Below are positions 20,861 to 28,304 of a stretch of 51,707 bases of DNA, piece by piece. This DNA is from a virus (taxonomy: Duplodnaviria > Heunggongvirae > Uroviricota > Caudoviricetes), in the IMG/VR virus record IMGVR_UViG_3300032144_000001, positions 73,293-124,999 of that record. One strand, 5' to 3'. The notes below the pieces were generated by a model, which saw only the letters and a list, made by a program, of their open reading frames with translations, had not been told where the DNA came from and ran no database searches. Both the position numbers and the translations under genes were made by a program. How positions within the stretch are numbered: position 1 is the first letter of the stretch; every line of letters begins with the position of its first letter.

Positions 20861-21226
20861 ATGACACCAGAACAACAATTAGCTAAAATGGAAAAAGAAG
20901 TGTCCTCGTTAAGTGGAAAAGTTGATACTATCCTTCAACTTGTCCAAAAAATGGATGTTGGTTTGTATGGAGATGAAAAAAATAAACATACTGGTGTTAT
21001 AGAGAAGCAAATTCTTTTAGAGCAGGAGATAGAGAGCTTAAAAGAGAAAATTGAAGTTCTTAACAAAAGAAATAGTGAACAAGAATTAGCCTATAAAACT
21101 AAAAAGTCCTTTAAAGATGAATTAATAGAGTATGCCAAAGAGCTTGGTAAATGGATTATAAATGGAGTGGTTGTATACCTTGTTATTAAAGGTATTGTAA
21201 GTCCTGAAGCTCTTTTAAAACACTAA
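20861..21226 (+). CDS. Coiled-coil protein with C-terminal hydrophobic segment
   Basis: Heptad-like charged sequence followed by WIINGVVVYLVIKGIV. Confidence 0.55.
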   Translation: MTPEQQLAKMEKEVSSLSGKVDTILQLVQKMDVGLYGDEKNKHTGVIEKQILLEQEIESLKEKIEVLNKRNSEQELAYKTKKSFKDELIEYAKELGKWIINGVVVYLVIKGIVSPEALLKH

Positions 21227-21230
21227 TCTT

Positions 21231-21569
21231 ATGAAAGCAGTTACAGTTATAATAATGTTAGTTATAGTATTTGTAGCTGTTTTTGTTATTTCTGAAGGGT
21301 CTAGAAGAAGAGATAAAGAGTCTTATACTAGTATTATAAAAGAAAGTAATAAAAGGGAGAGAGTTCTTAGGCTGCAAGTAGATAGTTTAAAATCTGTATC
21401 TCTTAAATTGAAAAAAGAGTATAATGACTTGAAACAGAGCTATACAGAAAACAAGAATAAATTATCTGAAATCAACAAGAAGTATGAAAAAATTCGTAAT
21501 TCTAAGCCTGTTCCTTATACTGACAAGCAAATTGATAGCATCCTCAACAGATACTATCCCAGACCCTAA
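21231..21569 (+). CDS. Inner-spanin-like protein
   Basis: N-terminal TM helix followed by a long coiled coil; overlaps next gene by 86 nt. Confidence 0.55.
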   Translation: MKAVTVIIMLVIVFVAVFVISEGSRRRDKESYTSIIKESNKRERVLRLQVDSLKSVSLKLKKEYNDLKQSYTENKNKLSEINKKYEKIRNSKPVPYTDKQIDSILNRYYPRP

Positions 21570-21870
21570 TAGAATAGTAGGTATACAAGCTTGGAAAGTA
21601 TATAGTTTGATACATGACAAAAAAGCTTATGAGCAATGTAAGATATTAGCTGATAGCCAAAAAGTTCAATTATTTTTAGCAGATAGTTTAATAACTAAAG
21701 GAGAGGGTAGAATAATTGTTCTAGAAGAAGAAAATAAAGCTCAGGCTGGTATAATTGTAGAAAATAATACACAGTTTGACTCAATGAGAAGTAAGAAAAA
21801 TGGTCAAATTAAGAAACTAACAGGAATAGTTATACTTGAGACAGTACTAATAATTTTAATTATAATATAA
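21484..21870 (+). CDS. Spanin-like partner (signal peptide, coiled coil, C-terminal TM)
   Basis: MKKFVILSLFLIL signal-like start, overlapping frame with the i-spanin-like gene, hydrophobic C-terminus; no lipobox Cys. Confidence 0.45.
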   Translation: MKKFVILSLFLILTSKLIASSTDTIPDPNRIVGIQAWKVYSLIHDKKAYEQCKILADSQKVQLFLADSLITKGEGRIIVLEEENKAQAGIIVENNTQFDSMRSKKNGQIKKLTGIVILETVLIILIII

Positions 21871-21871
21871 T

Positions 21872-21988
21872 ATGGCACAGGAAATAGGCTGGTCAATACA
21901 AGATAAACTCTTGTATCAAATTAAACAGGAGATAAAGAAAAATAGACAATCTGCTGTCACAGTAAATACTACAACAACTACACCGTAA
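21872..21988 (+). CDS. 38-aa peptide MAQEIGWSIQDKLLYQIKQEIKKNRQSAVTVNTTTTTP (not in ORF track)
   Basis: Hand-translated; fills the 21871-21999 gap; IGWS motif shared with the 14303 protein; poly-Thr-Pro end like the 10117 protein. Confidence 0.8.
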   Translation: MAQEIGWSIQDKLLYQIKQEIKKNRQSAVTVNTTTTTP

Positions 21989-21999
21989 GCTAATAATTA

Positions 22000-23016
22000 A
22001 TGAAAAAACCAATATTAATTACTTGCCAACCGGATGATCAGTATTTTCTATGGCAGAATCATGTATATATAGAATCTTGTCTAGATGTTGGTTTTGAAGA
22101 AGATAAAATTCATATACTTCTCTATAAACCTATAGACAGACCTTTTAATAAGAATTGGACAAAATTAAAAGAATTATATCCTAAATTAAATCTTCATTTA
22201 TATGAAGATAAAGGAGTTGGAGATTATCTTGGAATATACATTCCTATATTAAGACCTCATATTCTCTGGCAGCATTTTGAAAAGTTCCCAGAGCTTGAAA
22301 AAGAAACAATTATATACACAGATTGTGATATAGTATGGACTAAAACTCCAGATATAGCACATCTTTTGGAGGACTCTGCTCATTATATGAGTAATGCTGC
22401 TTCTTATATGAATTATTCTTATTTTGAAAGAAAGAATACTGAGGTATTAGAGTATAAAAAAGAAGACGTAAAAACAAGAGATTTTCTAGCAGAAATATGT
22501 TCTATTGTAGGATTAGACAAGAAAATTGTTGTAGAAAATGATAACAATATCGGAGGAGTTCAATATGTCCTTAAAAATGTAACTGCTAGTTTCTGGAAGA
22601 AAGTTGAAAAAGATGTTCTTCTCATAAGACAACATTTATTAAACATTAATAAGGAGTTTTACGAGAGCGAAAATAAGGGTATTCAAAGTTGGTGTGCTGA
22701 TCTTTGGGCTGTAATATTCAATCTCTGGGCAAAAGGAGATACAGTAAAGATAGTTCCAGAGCTAAACTTTACATGGAGTTCTGATCCAATTAGTAAAATT
22801 AAGGAAACCTCAATTCTTCATAATGCAGGATTAACATCTCCATTTCACAATGGAATACCTGTGATGTATAAGGCTAAGTATATTAATGGATTAAATCCAT
22901 TTAAAGATGTTCATCTATATGAAGTATATAGTGATCCTGAAAGCAAAACATTAGCAAACTATTACTATCTTCAACGTATGTTTGATGTATATAATAAATA
23001 TAGGTTAGAATATTAA
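22000..23016 (+). CDS. GT-A fold glycosyltransferase resembling plant HPAT/SERGT1 peptidyl O-glycosyltransferases
   Basis: DQYFLWQ, YIPILRPHILWQHF, IIYTDCD (DxD) and SWCADLWAV occur in the order of the HPAT/SERGT1 blocks Y..WQ, NRP..F.QW, MAEPD and W..EMY. Confidence 0.7.
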   Translation: MKKPILITCQPDDQYFLWQNHVYIESCLDVGFEEDKIHILLYKPIDRPFNKNWTKLKELYPKLNLHLYEDKGVGDYLGIYIPILRPHILWQHFEKFPELEKETIIYTDCDIVWTKTPDIAHLLEDSAHYMSNAASYMNYSYFERKNTEVLEYKKEDVKTRDFLAEICSIVGLDKKIVVENDNNIGGVQYVLKNVTASFWKKVEKDVLLIRQHLLNINKEFYESENKGIQSWCADLWAVIFNLWAKGDTVKIVPELNFTWSSDPISKIKETSILHNAGLTSPFHNGIPVMYKAKYINGLNPFKDVHLYEVYSDPESKTLANYYYLQRMFDVYNKYRLEY

Positions 23017-23037
23017 ACAATTAATTTTTAAAAATAA

Positions 23038-23223
23038 ATGGCAACAAATAGAAAAGATTTACGTGCTTGGGTACGCTATGACGGAAGTGGTCGTGTAGTA
23101 GCAGGATCATTAATCCTTCGTAAAGATAAACCTAAAGTAGGTCAATGGACTGAAGTTAGATCATATGAGTGTTGTGATCCTCAGTTTCCGACTACAACTA
23201 GTACAACAACAGAAGAAGCTTAA
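23038..23223 (+). CDS. 61-aa protein ending in CCDPQFPTTTSTTTEEA
   Basis: Directly after the GT; basic beta-type body with a Thr/Ser tail; TAATG coupling to the next gene. Confidence 0.75.
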   Translation: MATNRKDLRAWVRYDGSGRVVAGSLILRKDKPKVGQWTEVRSYECCDPQFPTTTSTTTEEA

Positions 23224-23810
23224 TGAAGGTTAGAGGTCCAGTTGATGATTCTGTAAAAAGAGTTTGTAAGGTTTGTAATGTAGAAAAACAATTAAACACT
23301 GAATTCTCATACAGATCTGGATTCGATCTCTATAATCATTATTGTAAAGATTGTGATAATAGAAGACGAAGATTAATTCGTGCTGGACTTCCACTTCCAG
23401 AAGAATATCTAAATCTTACTAGGAGAAGTAAGAAGAAGATAGTCTTTGAAAACAAACCTTATCGAAAGACTCATTTTTACAATCGAAAAAGATTAGATTT
23501 TAAAGCGCACGATAAGAAAAAAGGATGGGAATGTGACTTAACTCCAACATTCATTGAAAGCTGCTACAACTCCAATTGTACTTATTGTGGTTATCCATCT
23601 TGTACAATAGATAGAGTAGACAATGAAATTGGTCATATCATGACTAATTGTGTACCAGCCTGTTATGAGTGTAATACTGCTAGGAATAGACTATTTTCTT
23701 TTGAAGAGATGAAAATATTAGGAAAAGTTATAAAAGAAATTAAAGATAATCGAATAGATTATAATCCTAATACAATATTTCCAAGAACTGTATATGAAAA
23801 TCAACTATAA
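23223..23810 (+). CDS. HNH-family (His-Me finger) endonuclease with Zn fingers
   Basis: CKVC...CKDC N-terminal; CTYCG...IDRVDNEIGH..TNCVPACYECN. Confidence 0.8.
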   Translation: MKVRGPVDDSVKRVCKVCNVEKQLNTEFSYRSGFDLYNHYCKDCDNRRRRLIRAGLPLPEEYLNLTRRSKKKIVFENKPYRKTHFYNRKRLDFKAHDKKKGWECDLTPTFIESCYNSNCTYCGYPSCTIDRVDNEIGHIMTNCVPACYECNTARNRLFSFEEMKILGKVIKEIKDNRIDYNPNTIFPRTVYENQL

Positions 23811-24078
23811 GTATTTTCCTGAAGTCATTCCGGATAATGAACAGATTTTCATTGCTAAACTTATTGGTACAATTGAATCAGTAGATGAGTTATGTTGTTT
23901 ACAGATATCAAAACTTCCTACTTCCTATCATTTTAGGATAGCTCCATCTATTCCAAAGTACAATAACCTCCTTTTACAGGAGGTTTTAAACTTTCATAAT
24001 TTATTTGGTATAAAACTTGATCTTTCAAAGTCAATTAAAACTAGTGGAGTTCTTGCTTTTCATATAAATTTATCATAG
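23794..24078 (+). CDS. Hypothetical protein
   Basis: 94-aa ORF overlapping the HNH gene end. Confidence 0.6.
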   Translation: MKINYKYFPEVIPDNEQIFIAKLIGTIESVDELCCLQISKLPTSYHFRIAPSIPKYNNLLLQEVLNFHNLFGIKLDLSKSIKTSGVLAFHINLS

Positions 24079-24083
24079 GTTTG
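24053..24083 (+). promoter_or_regulatory. Bacteroidota-type promoter (TTG-N20-TAGGTTTG)
   Basis: TTG 24053-24055, 20-nt spacer, TAGGTTTG 24076-24083, ATG at 24107. Confidence 0.55.
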
Positions 24084-24106
24084 TATATAAATTAAACCAA
24101 TGATAT

Positions 24107-24358
24107 ATGGAAATTGTAAAAGAAAATAAACCAGTTTATTCCCCTGAAAAGAAATATAGTTGGAAGGGAAATGATGAGTTTGTAATTAACGGAGCAGAAC
24201 TTAATTTTATTCTGAACTCTGTCAGGAAGATACTTCTTTCAGATCAAGCTCAAAATATCTTCATGTTAGAAAAAGCTAATTCAATGTTAGAAGGTATAAT
24301 GTCTAAAGCAGTAGCAGATGGAAAGATTAAAGAAGTTGAAGAAACAAAAGCCCCTTAG
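24107..24358 (+). CDS. Hypothetical protein, last gene of the + arm
   Basis: 83-aa ORF ending inside the terminator hairpin. Confidence 0.65.
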   Translation: MEIVKENKPVYSPEKKYSWKGNDEFVINGAELNFILNSVRKILLSDQAQNIFMLEKANSMLEGIMSKAVADGKIKEVEETKAP

Positions 24359-24373
24359 TTAGGGGCTTTTTTT
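24346..24373. terminator. Bidirectional intrinsic terminator at the convergence of the two arms
   Basis: AAAAGCCCCT-TAGTT-AGGGGCTTTT followed by further T; A/T tails on both sides. Confidence 0.9.
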
Positions 24374-24927
24374 ATTACTAATAATTTTCTATCTTTCTCT
24401 AGTGATACTTTAGATATATCTTTTTGATGATGAAATAACTCTCTTATTGTATCATAAACTTCTCTTCCTTTTGCTTGTTTACAATGTAAATCTTCTATAA
24501 TGTAATATCCACCTTTTTTAACTCTTGGATATAACATTGTAAAACTAGTTAAAATATCATTTATTTTATGACTACCATCATCTATAATAATGTCATATTC
24601 ATGTGGATGAGTAATTATTAATGATGATAAGTTATTTTGATCTCCTTGATCTCCTATAAAAATAGATACATTCTCCTCTTCAAGCTTTCTAGCATCTGGA
24701 TTTATATCCATTCCTACAAACTTAAGATCAGAAAAGAAAGACTGCCACATTTTTATTGATGTACCTGGAAATCTTGGGTCCATTACACCTATTTCTAGCA
24801 TTCTAATAGGATTATCTTGCCAGAGATAGAATAAAGAAGAATATACCTCTGTATATCCATGAGCTTCAAAGTGCTCATTTCCTCTATCATTTCCTAGTTT
24901 ATTAGCTATTTCAGTAAGTGTATCCAT
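24355..24927 (-). CDS. Class I SAM-dependent methyltransferase (sugar O-methyltransferase-like)
   Basis: HGYTEVY, MLEIGV, GMDI, IFIGDQ, DIIIDDGSH, GGYYIIEDL. Confidence 0.85.
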   Translation of the reverse strand: MDTLTEIANKLGNDRGNEHFEAHGYTEVYSSLFYLWQDNPIRMLEIGVMDPRFPGTSIKMWQSFFSDLKFVGMDINPDARKLEEENVSIFIGDQGDQNNLSSLIITHPHEYDIIIDDGSHKINDILTSFTMLYPRVKKGGYYIIEDLHCKQAKGREVYDTIRELFHHQKDISKVSLEKDRKLLVIKKAPN

Positions 24928-24928
24928 A

Positions 24929-25513
24929 TTAGTTGTGTACGTATAGAACTTTATTTATCTTAAATATATGATAATCTCTGAACTTTTTCTTAAAATCTTC
25001 AACAAATTCACCATCTGCTGCGTATCCTGAACCTAGTTTTATTTGTTTGGCTAAATCAGTTTTAACCGCAAAAGCACCAATATCTATCTGTCCATTAGCA
25101 GGAATACATTTAAAATAAGAATAATCAAAACTATTATGCACCATATCCCAATAGACCATACCTGGAGAACCTTTTAACTCTTTTTTAAGTTCTGAAACAA
25201 AAGTAGGGACATAATAATTATCATCTCCTGTCATAATAATATAATCAGCTTTACTATTTTGTTTACCTAATTCCCTAGGAGTATGTCCAAAATCCTTACT
25301 TCTTTGGTTAGTAATCATAAAACTGATTCGTTCATCCTCAAAGCTGGATATTAATTTAGAGGTTTTCTGAACCACATCAGAATAAGCATAATCATCTATT
25401 ACTACTACAGCAGTCCATTCTTTATCAGTTTGAGCTACTAAACAAGATAAGATAACTTTAAGTTCATTATCTCTATTCCAGGTAGGGATTATAAATTCAA
25501 CAGTTTTACTCAT
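24929..25513 (-). CDS. Glycosyltransferase family 2
   Basis: IIPTWNR, VVIDD, DFGHTPRELG, YIIMTGDDNYY. Confidence 0.85.
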   Translation of the reverse strand: MSKTVEFIIPTWNRDNELKVILSCLVAQTDKEWTAVVVIDDYAYSDVVQKTSKLISSFEDERISFMITNQRSKDFGHTPRELGKQNSKADYIIMTGDDNYYVPTFVSELKKELKGSPGMVYWDMVHNSFDYSYFKCIPANGQIDIGAFAVKTDLAKQIKLGSGYAADGEFVEDFKKKFRDYHIFKINKVLYVHN

Positions 25514-26249
25514 TTTTTAGTTTTAAAAATCTAGAATTCTTATTTTTATTTAATATTGATCTTAGATTAGAGTATCCTATTCCTATAGAAGAAGATAATT
25601 CCAGAATTGAATCATAAAATATGCCTGTTTCTAAATCAAGAACTTTAGTGCAAATTCTCTCTAACATTTTTGGACCATGTTTCTTCCCATAGAAGCCATT
25701 ATTTTCACCTTTCTGATTATTATTTTGTCTTATTTTTTGTTTACTTTCTTCAGAATGAGTTTTACCATAAAATGGATTGTTTTTACCAGAAGTAGCTCTA
25801 CTTATCTTTAATTTTACTTCATTAGAATGTTTATATTCGTTTTTTATTCTAGTAGATATGAATTTATCTACGACTTCCTTAGGTCTTTTTCTACCCTTTA
25901 AAATATTTCTTATTTTATCTCTATGTTCTTTGGTTCTTTCATATACTACTCCATTACCTCCTTCTCCACCATCTGTCATATTAGCTAATATTCCTGTATT
26001 TATATTTATTCTTCCATAAAGCTTAATAAATTCTTTCTCTTTTTCATTAACTTCATCAAAACTGATATTATCAAATAAAATTTCTACTTCATATTCAGTT
26101 TTATTTACTATCTTTTTCCAAATATTGTTTCTATCACATTTTTCATGTGCTCTATTATAATCATCAAAAGAAGTAGTACCTCCAATTCCTATATAAAAAG
26201 GTTCATTTTTGTCTAGTCTTATATGGCGATATAAATAACAAGTGTTCAT
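25506..26249 (-). CDS. GIY-YIG homing endonuclease with NUMOD3 repeats
   Basis: YLYRH...FYIGIG, NMTDGGEG, HSEESKQKI and NPFYGKTH repeats. Confidence 0.9.
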   Translation of the reverse strand: MNTCYLYRHIRLDKNEPFYIGIGGTTSFDDYNRAHEKCDRNNIWKKIVNKTEYEVEILFDNISFDEVNEKEKEFIKLYGRININTGILANMTDGGEGGNGVVYERTKEHRDKIRNILKGRKRPKEVVDKFISTRIKNEYKHSNEVKLKISRATSGKNNPFYGKTHSEESKQKIRQNNNQKGENNGFYGKKHGPKMLERICTKVLDLETGIFYDSILELSSSIGIGYSNLRSILNKNKNSRFLKLKNE

Positions 26250-26998
26250 TTTTTCCTATATTGATTTAGGAGTTTTACATAATCTCTATTCCATTTTGGT
26301 TTCAAGTAAATTCTACCTGTTGGTACTTTTCCCTGTAATCTCATGTTTTCTAAATAATTAAAATTTCTTTCAATTATATTTAATCTTCCAGGATGGTCAG
26401 TTCCTTCACCGCTCTGATGAAAATTACCTAAACCCTCTTTACTTTCAGGAGTTGCCCATCTGTAGAACCAACTAGGATTCTCAGGTTCAGCATGAACTAC
26501 CTTTTTAGGATCTAAAGCTCTAATAGTATCCGTTAAAGTAGTATCTCCTCCAGCATTCATAATTGGACTTTTACCTATATCCAACCAAGCTTTCTTACTA
26601 TAGACTATTCCACTATTACCTATCCATCCTACATCTGTAATATTAGGTTCATTATAAAATACTCCTTTTTTCCAGTGCAGTAGGTTAGTATCCTCTTTAA
26701 ACCATTCCTTAATATTAGTTAAATGCCAAGGCATGGCAATATCATCATCATCCCATACAGCAAAGATATCACCAGAGCACTGCTCTAGTGCAAAGTTCTC
26801 CTTATCCCCTATAGTAGGGAAAATCTCCTTGGAATTGAATATTTTTACATTAGGATGGTCATAAATAAGAGTTTGATGAGGATAGTCGTTAACTATAATA
26901 AGTTCTGACTCTTCATGCCCTTCTGCCTGTAAAAAAGAATAGAGTGCTTCTTCTAACAGATGCACTCTACCCATTGTAATCATTTTACAACTAATCAT
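26246..26998 (-). CDS. Glycosyltransferase family 2-like
   Basis: CKMITMGR..LLEEALYSF, LIIVND, IGDKENFALEQCSGDIFAVWDDDD. Confidence 0.85.
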   Translation of the reverse strand: MISCKMITMGRVHLLEEALYSFLQAEGHEESELIIVNDYPHQTLIYDHPNVKIFNSKEIFPTIGDKENFALEQCSGDIFAVWDDDDIAMPWHLTNIKEWFKEDTNLLHWKKGVFYNEPNITDVGWIGNSGIVYSKKAWLDIGKSPIMNAGGDTTLTDTIRALDPKKVVHAEPENPSWFYRWATPESKEGLGNFHQSGEGTDHPGRLNIIERNFNYLENMRLQGKVPTGRIYLKPKWNRDYVKLLNQYRKK

Positions 26999-27299
26999 CC
27001 CATGTATGCATTATATCGAATGATGATACTGATAATACATCTTTTCCCTTAAGTTGGAATTTAATTCCTCTTTGGAATCCTTCAGGGGAAATAAATACTT
27101 TATCACCTATCTTAAAAGTAAACCCGTTTGTAGTAAGTGGATTTTGATTAACTCCTTCACCAATACCTATAATTACCAATGATTCTAAGGTTTTAATATA
27201 AGCCTCTTTCAATTCATTTTGAAGCTCCGGACTAATACTAATTTTACTTTCTGGAGGTGCTGGTAGTTCTAGATATACCCTATTTCCGTGTATTTTCAT
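26991..27299 (-). CDS. GroES-like co-chaperonin
   Basis: KIHGNRVYL, VIIGIGEG, FKIGDKVFI and C-terminal DIM follow the GroES pattern. Confidence 0.65.
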   Translation of the reverse strand: MKIHGNRVYLELPAPPESKISISPELQNELKEAYIKTLESLVIIGIGEGVNQNPLTTNGFTFKIGDKVFISPEGFQRGIKFQLKGKDVLSVSSFDIMHTWDD

Positions 27300-27610
27300 A
27301 TTTCAATATTGGTTAGTTTATAAAATCTAGCTCCATCTTCTGGAGACAAAATAATCTCAGATTGTACAGTTTCTCTAACATTCTTATATCCATTAAACTT
27401 ATTAGTTTTAGTATTGATATCAGGTTTCTGAGTTACTCTTTCATTAAAATCATCCAAAATAACAATAACTGATCCATCAGTATGAGTTACTGAACGGATC
27501 ACCTTATTAATATTAAATGAATCAATATACTCATTAAATTGTTGTTCTTTACCTTCTACTTGTACAGGTTTAGGTTCTTTACGGGTATAAAAAAATTGGT
27601 TTCTATTCAT
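27296..27610 (-). CDS. Hypothetical protein
   Basis: 104-aa ORF, overlapping its neighbours. Confidence 0.65.
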   Translation of the reverse strand: MNRNQFFYTRKEPKPVQVEGKEQQFNEYIDSFNINKVIRSVTHTDGSVIVILDDFNERVTQKPDINTKTNKFNGYKNVRETVQSEIILSPEDGARFYKLTNIEI

Positions 27611-27827
27611 ATTTATTATTTATATGTTTTTGTGCTTCTGTAATAGCAATTGATGCTAATCTTTTTACTTCTGGATCTGAAACACTATTTCTAATATCAT
27701 TTATAGAATCAATAATGTCAGCATATGCTTTTTTAAGTTGATCTACTTTTGAATCTTTACTAGGATTAAAGTTCAATCCTACTGCTTTCTCACCATAAGT
27801 GAGTTCTCTTGTTACTTGGTTTTCCAT
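27603..27827 (-). CDS. Acb2/Tad1-like helical-hairpin protein, apparently lacking the last helix segment
   Basis: GEKAVGLNFNPS..SKVDQLK...ADIID...KRLASIAITEAQ resembles this phage family as recalled; the usual MWAVKA ending is absent. Confidence 0.55.
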   Translation of the reverse strand: MENQVTRELTYGEKAVGLNFNPSKDSKVDQLKKAYADIIDSINDIRNSVSDPEVKRLASIAITEAQKHINNKYE

Positions 27828-27829
27828 GT

Positions 27830-27994
27830 TTATTCTATAATTTTTACGTATTCTACTAATGTAATTTCTGCTCTGTCCAGAGCATTTCTAAGTTGATCTT
27901 GAGTAACTTTACCTTTGTCATAAGCATCTTTAAGTACTCTTACTTTTTCAGTATCATAATATAATACTTGATAGTAATTTGTTTCATTTTCCAT
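27830..27994 (-). CDS. 54-aa hypothetical protein MENETNYYQV...EYVKIIE (not in ORF track)
   Basis: Hand-translated; fills the gap between neighbouring genes. Confidence 0.65.
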   Translation of the reverse strand: MENETNYYQVLYYDTEKVRVLKDAYDKGKVTQDQLRNALDRAEITLVEYVKIIE

Positions 27995-28304
27995 ATTTTT
28001 CTAATAACTTCTTCCTTCTATTGTTAATTTCCTTATAAAAATACATATCTTGTTCAACTTTAGCATGAATTTCTGGCTGTAAAAGTATAATGTTCTCTTC
28101 ATCAAATTCTGCTATTTCCCACTTACTTTTTGGTAAAATATGATGGAAATACATTGAATTTATGGGATTAAATAGCTTTTGGCCAGTTATTTCACATCTA
28201 TGAGGTCTATTATTCCATATATCAGTAAAGAAAGTATTTCTTTTTTCTAGTTTCTCCTTTTGTTTTCTTATTTCTTCTGGTGATTTTTTCTTTCTTTTAA
28301 TCAT
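27984..28304 (-). CDS. Small HNH nuclease (NinG-like)
   Basis: RCEITG, FHHILPKS, ENIILL..EIH. Confidence 0.7.
   Translation of the reverse strand: MIKRKKKSPEEIRKQKEKLEKRNTFFTDIWNNRPHRCEITGQKLFNPINSMYFHHILPKSKWEIAEFDEENIILLQPEIHAKVEQDMYFYKEINNRRKKLLEKYGK

Noticed and set aside
25506-26249. Group I intron splitting one glycosyltransferase into two exons
   Set aside because: Both flanking GT2 ORFs have their own start, N-terminal GT2 motifs, DxD-type motif and stop, and there is no non-coding space for an intron core.
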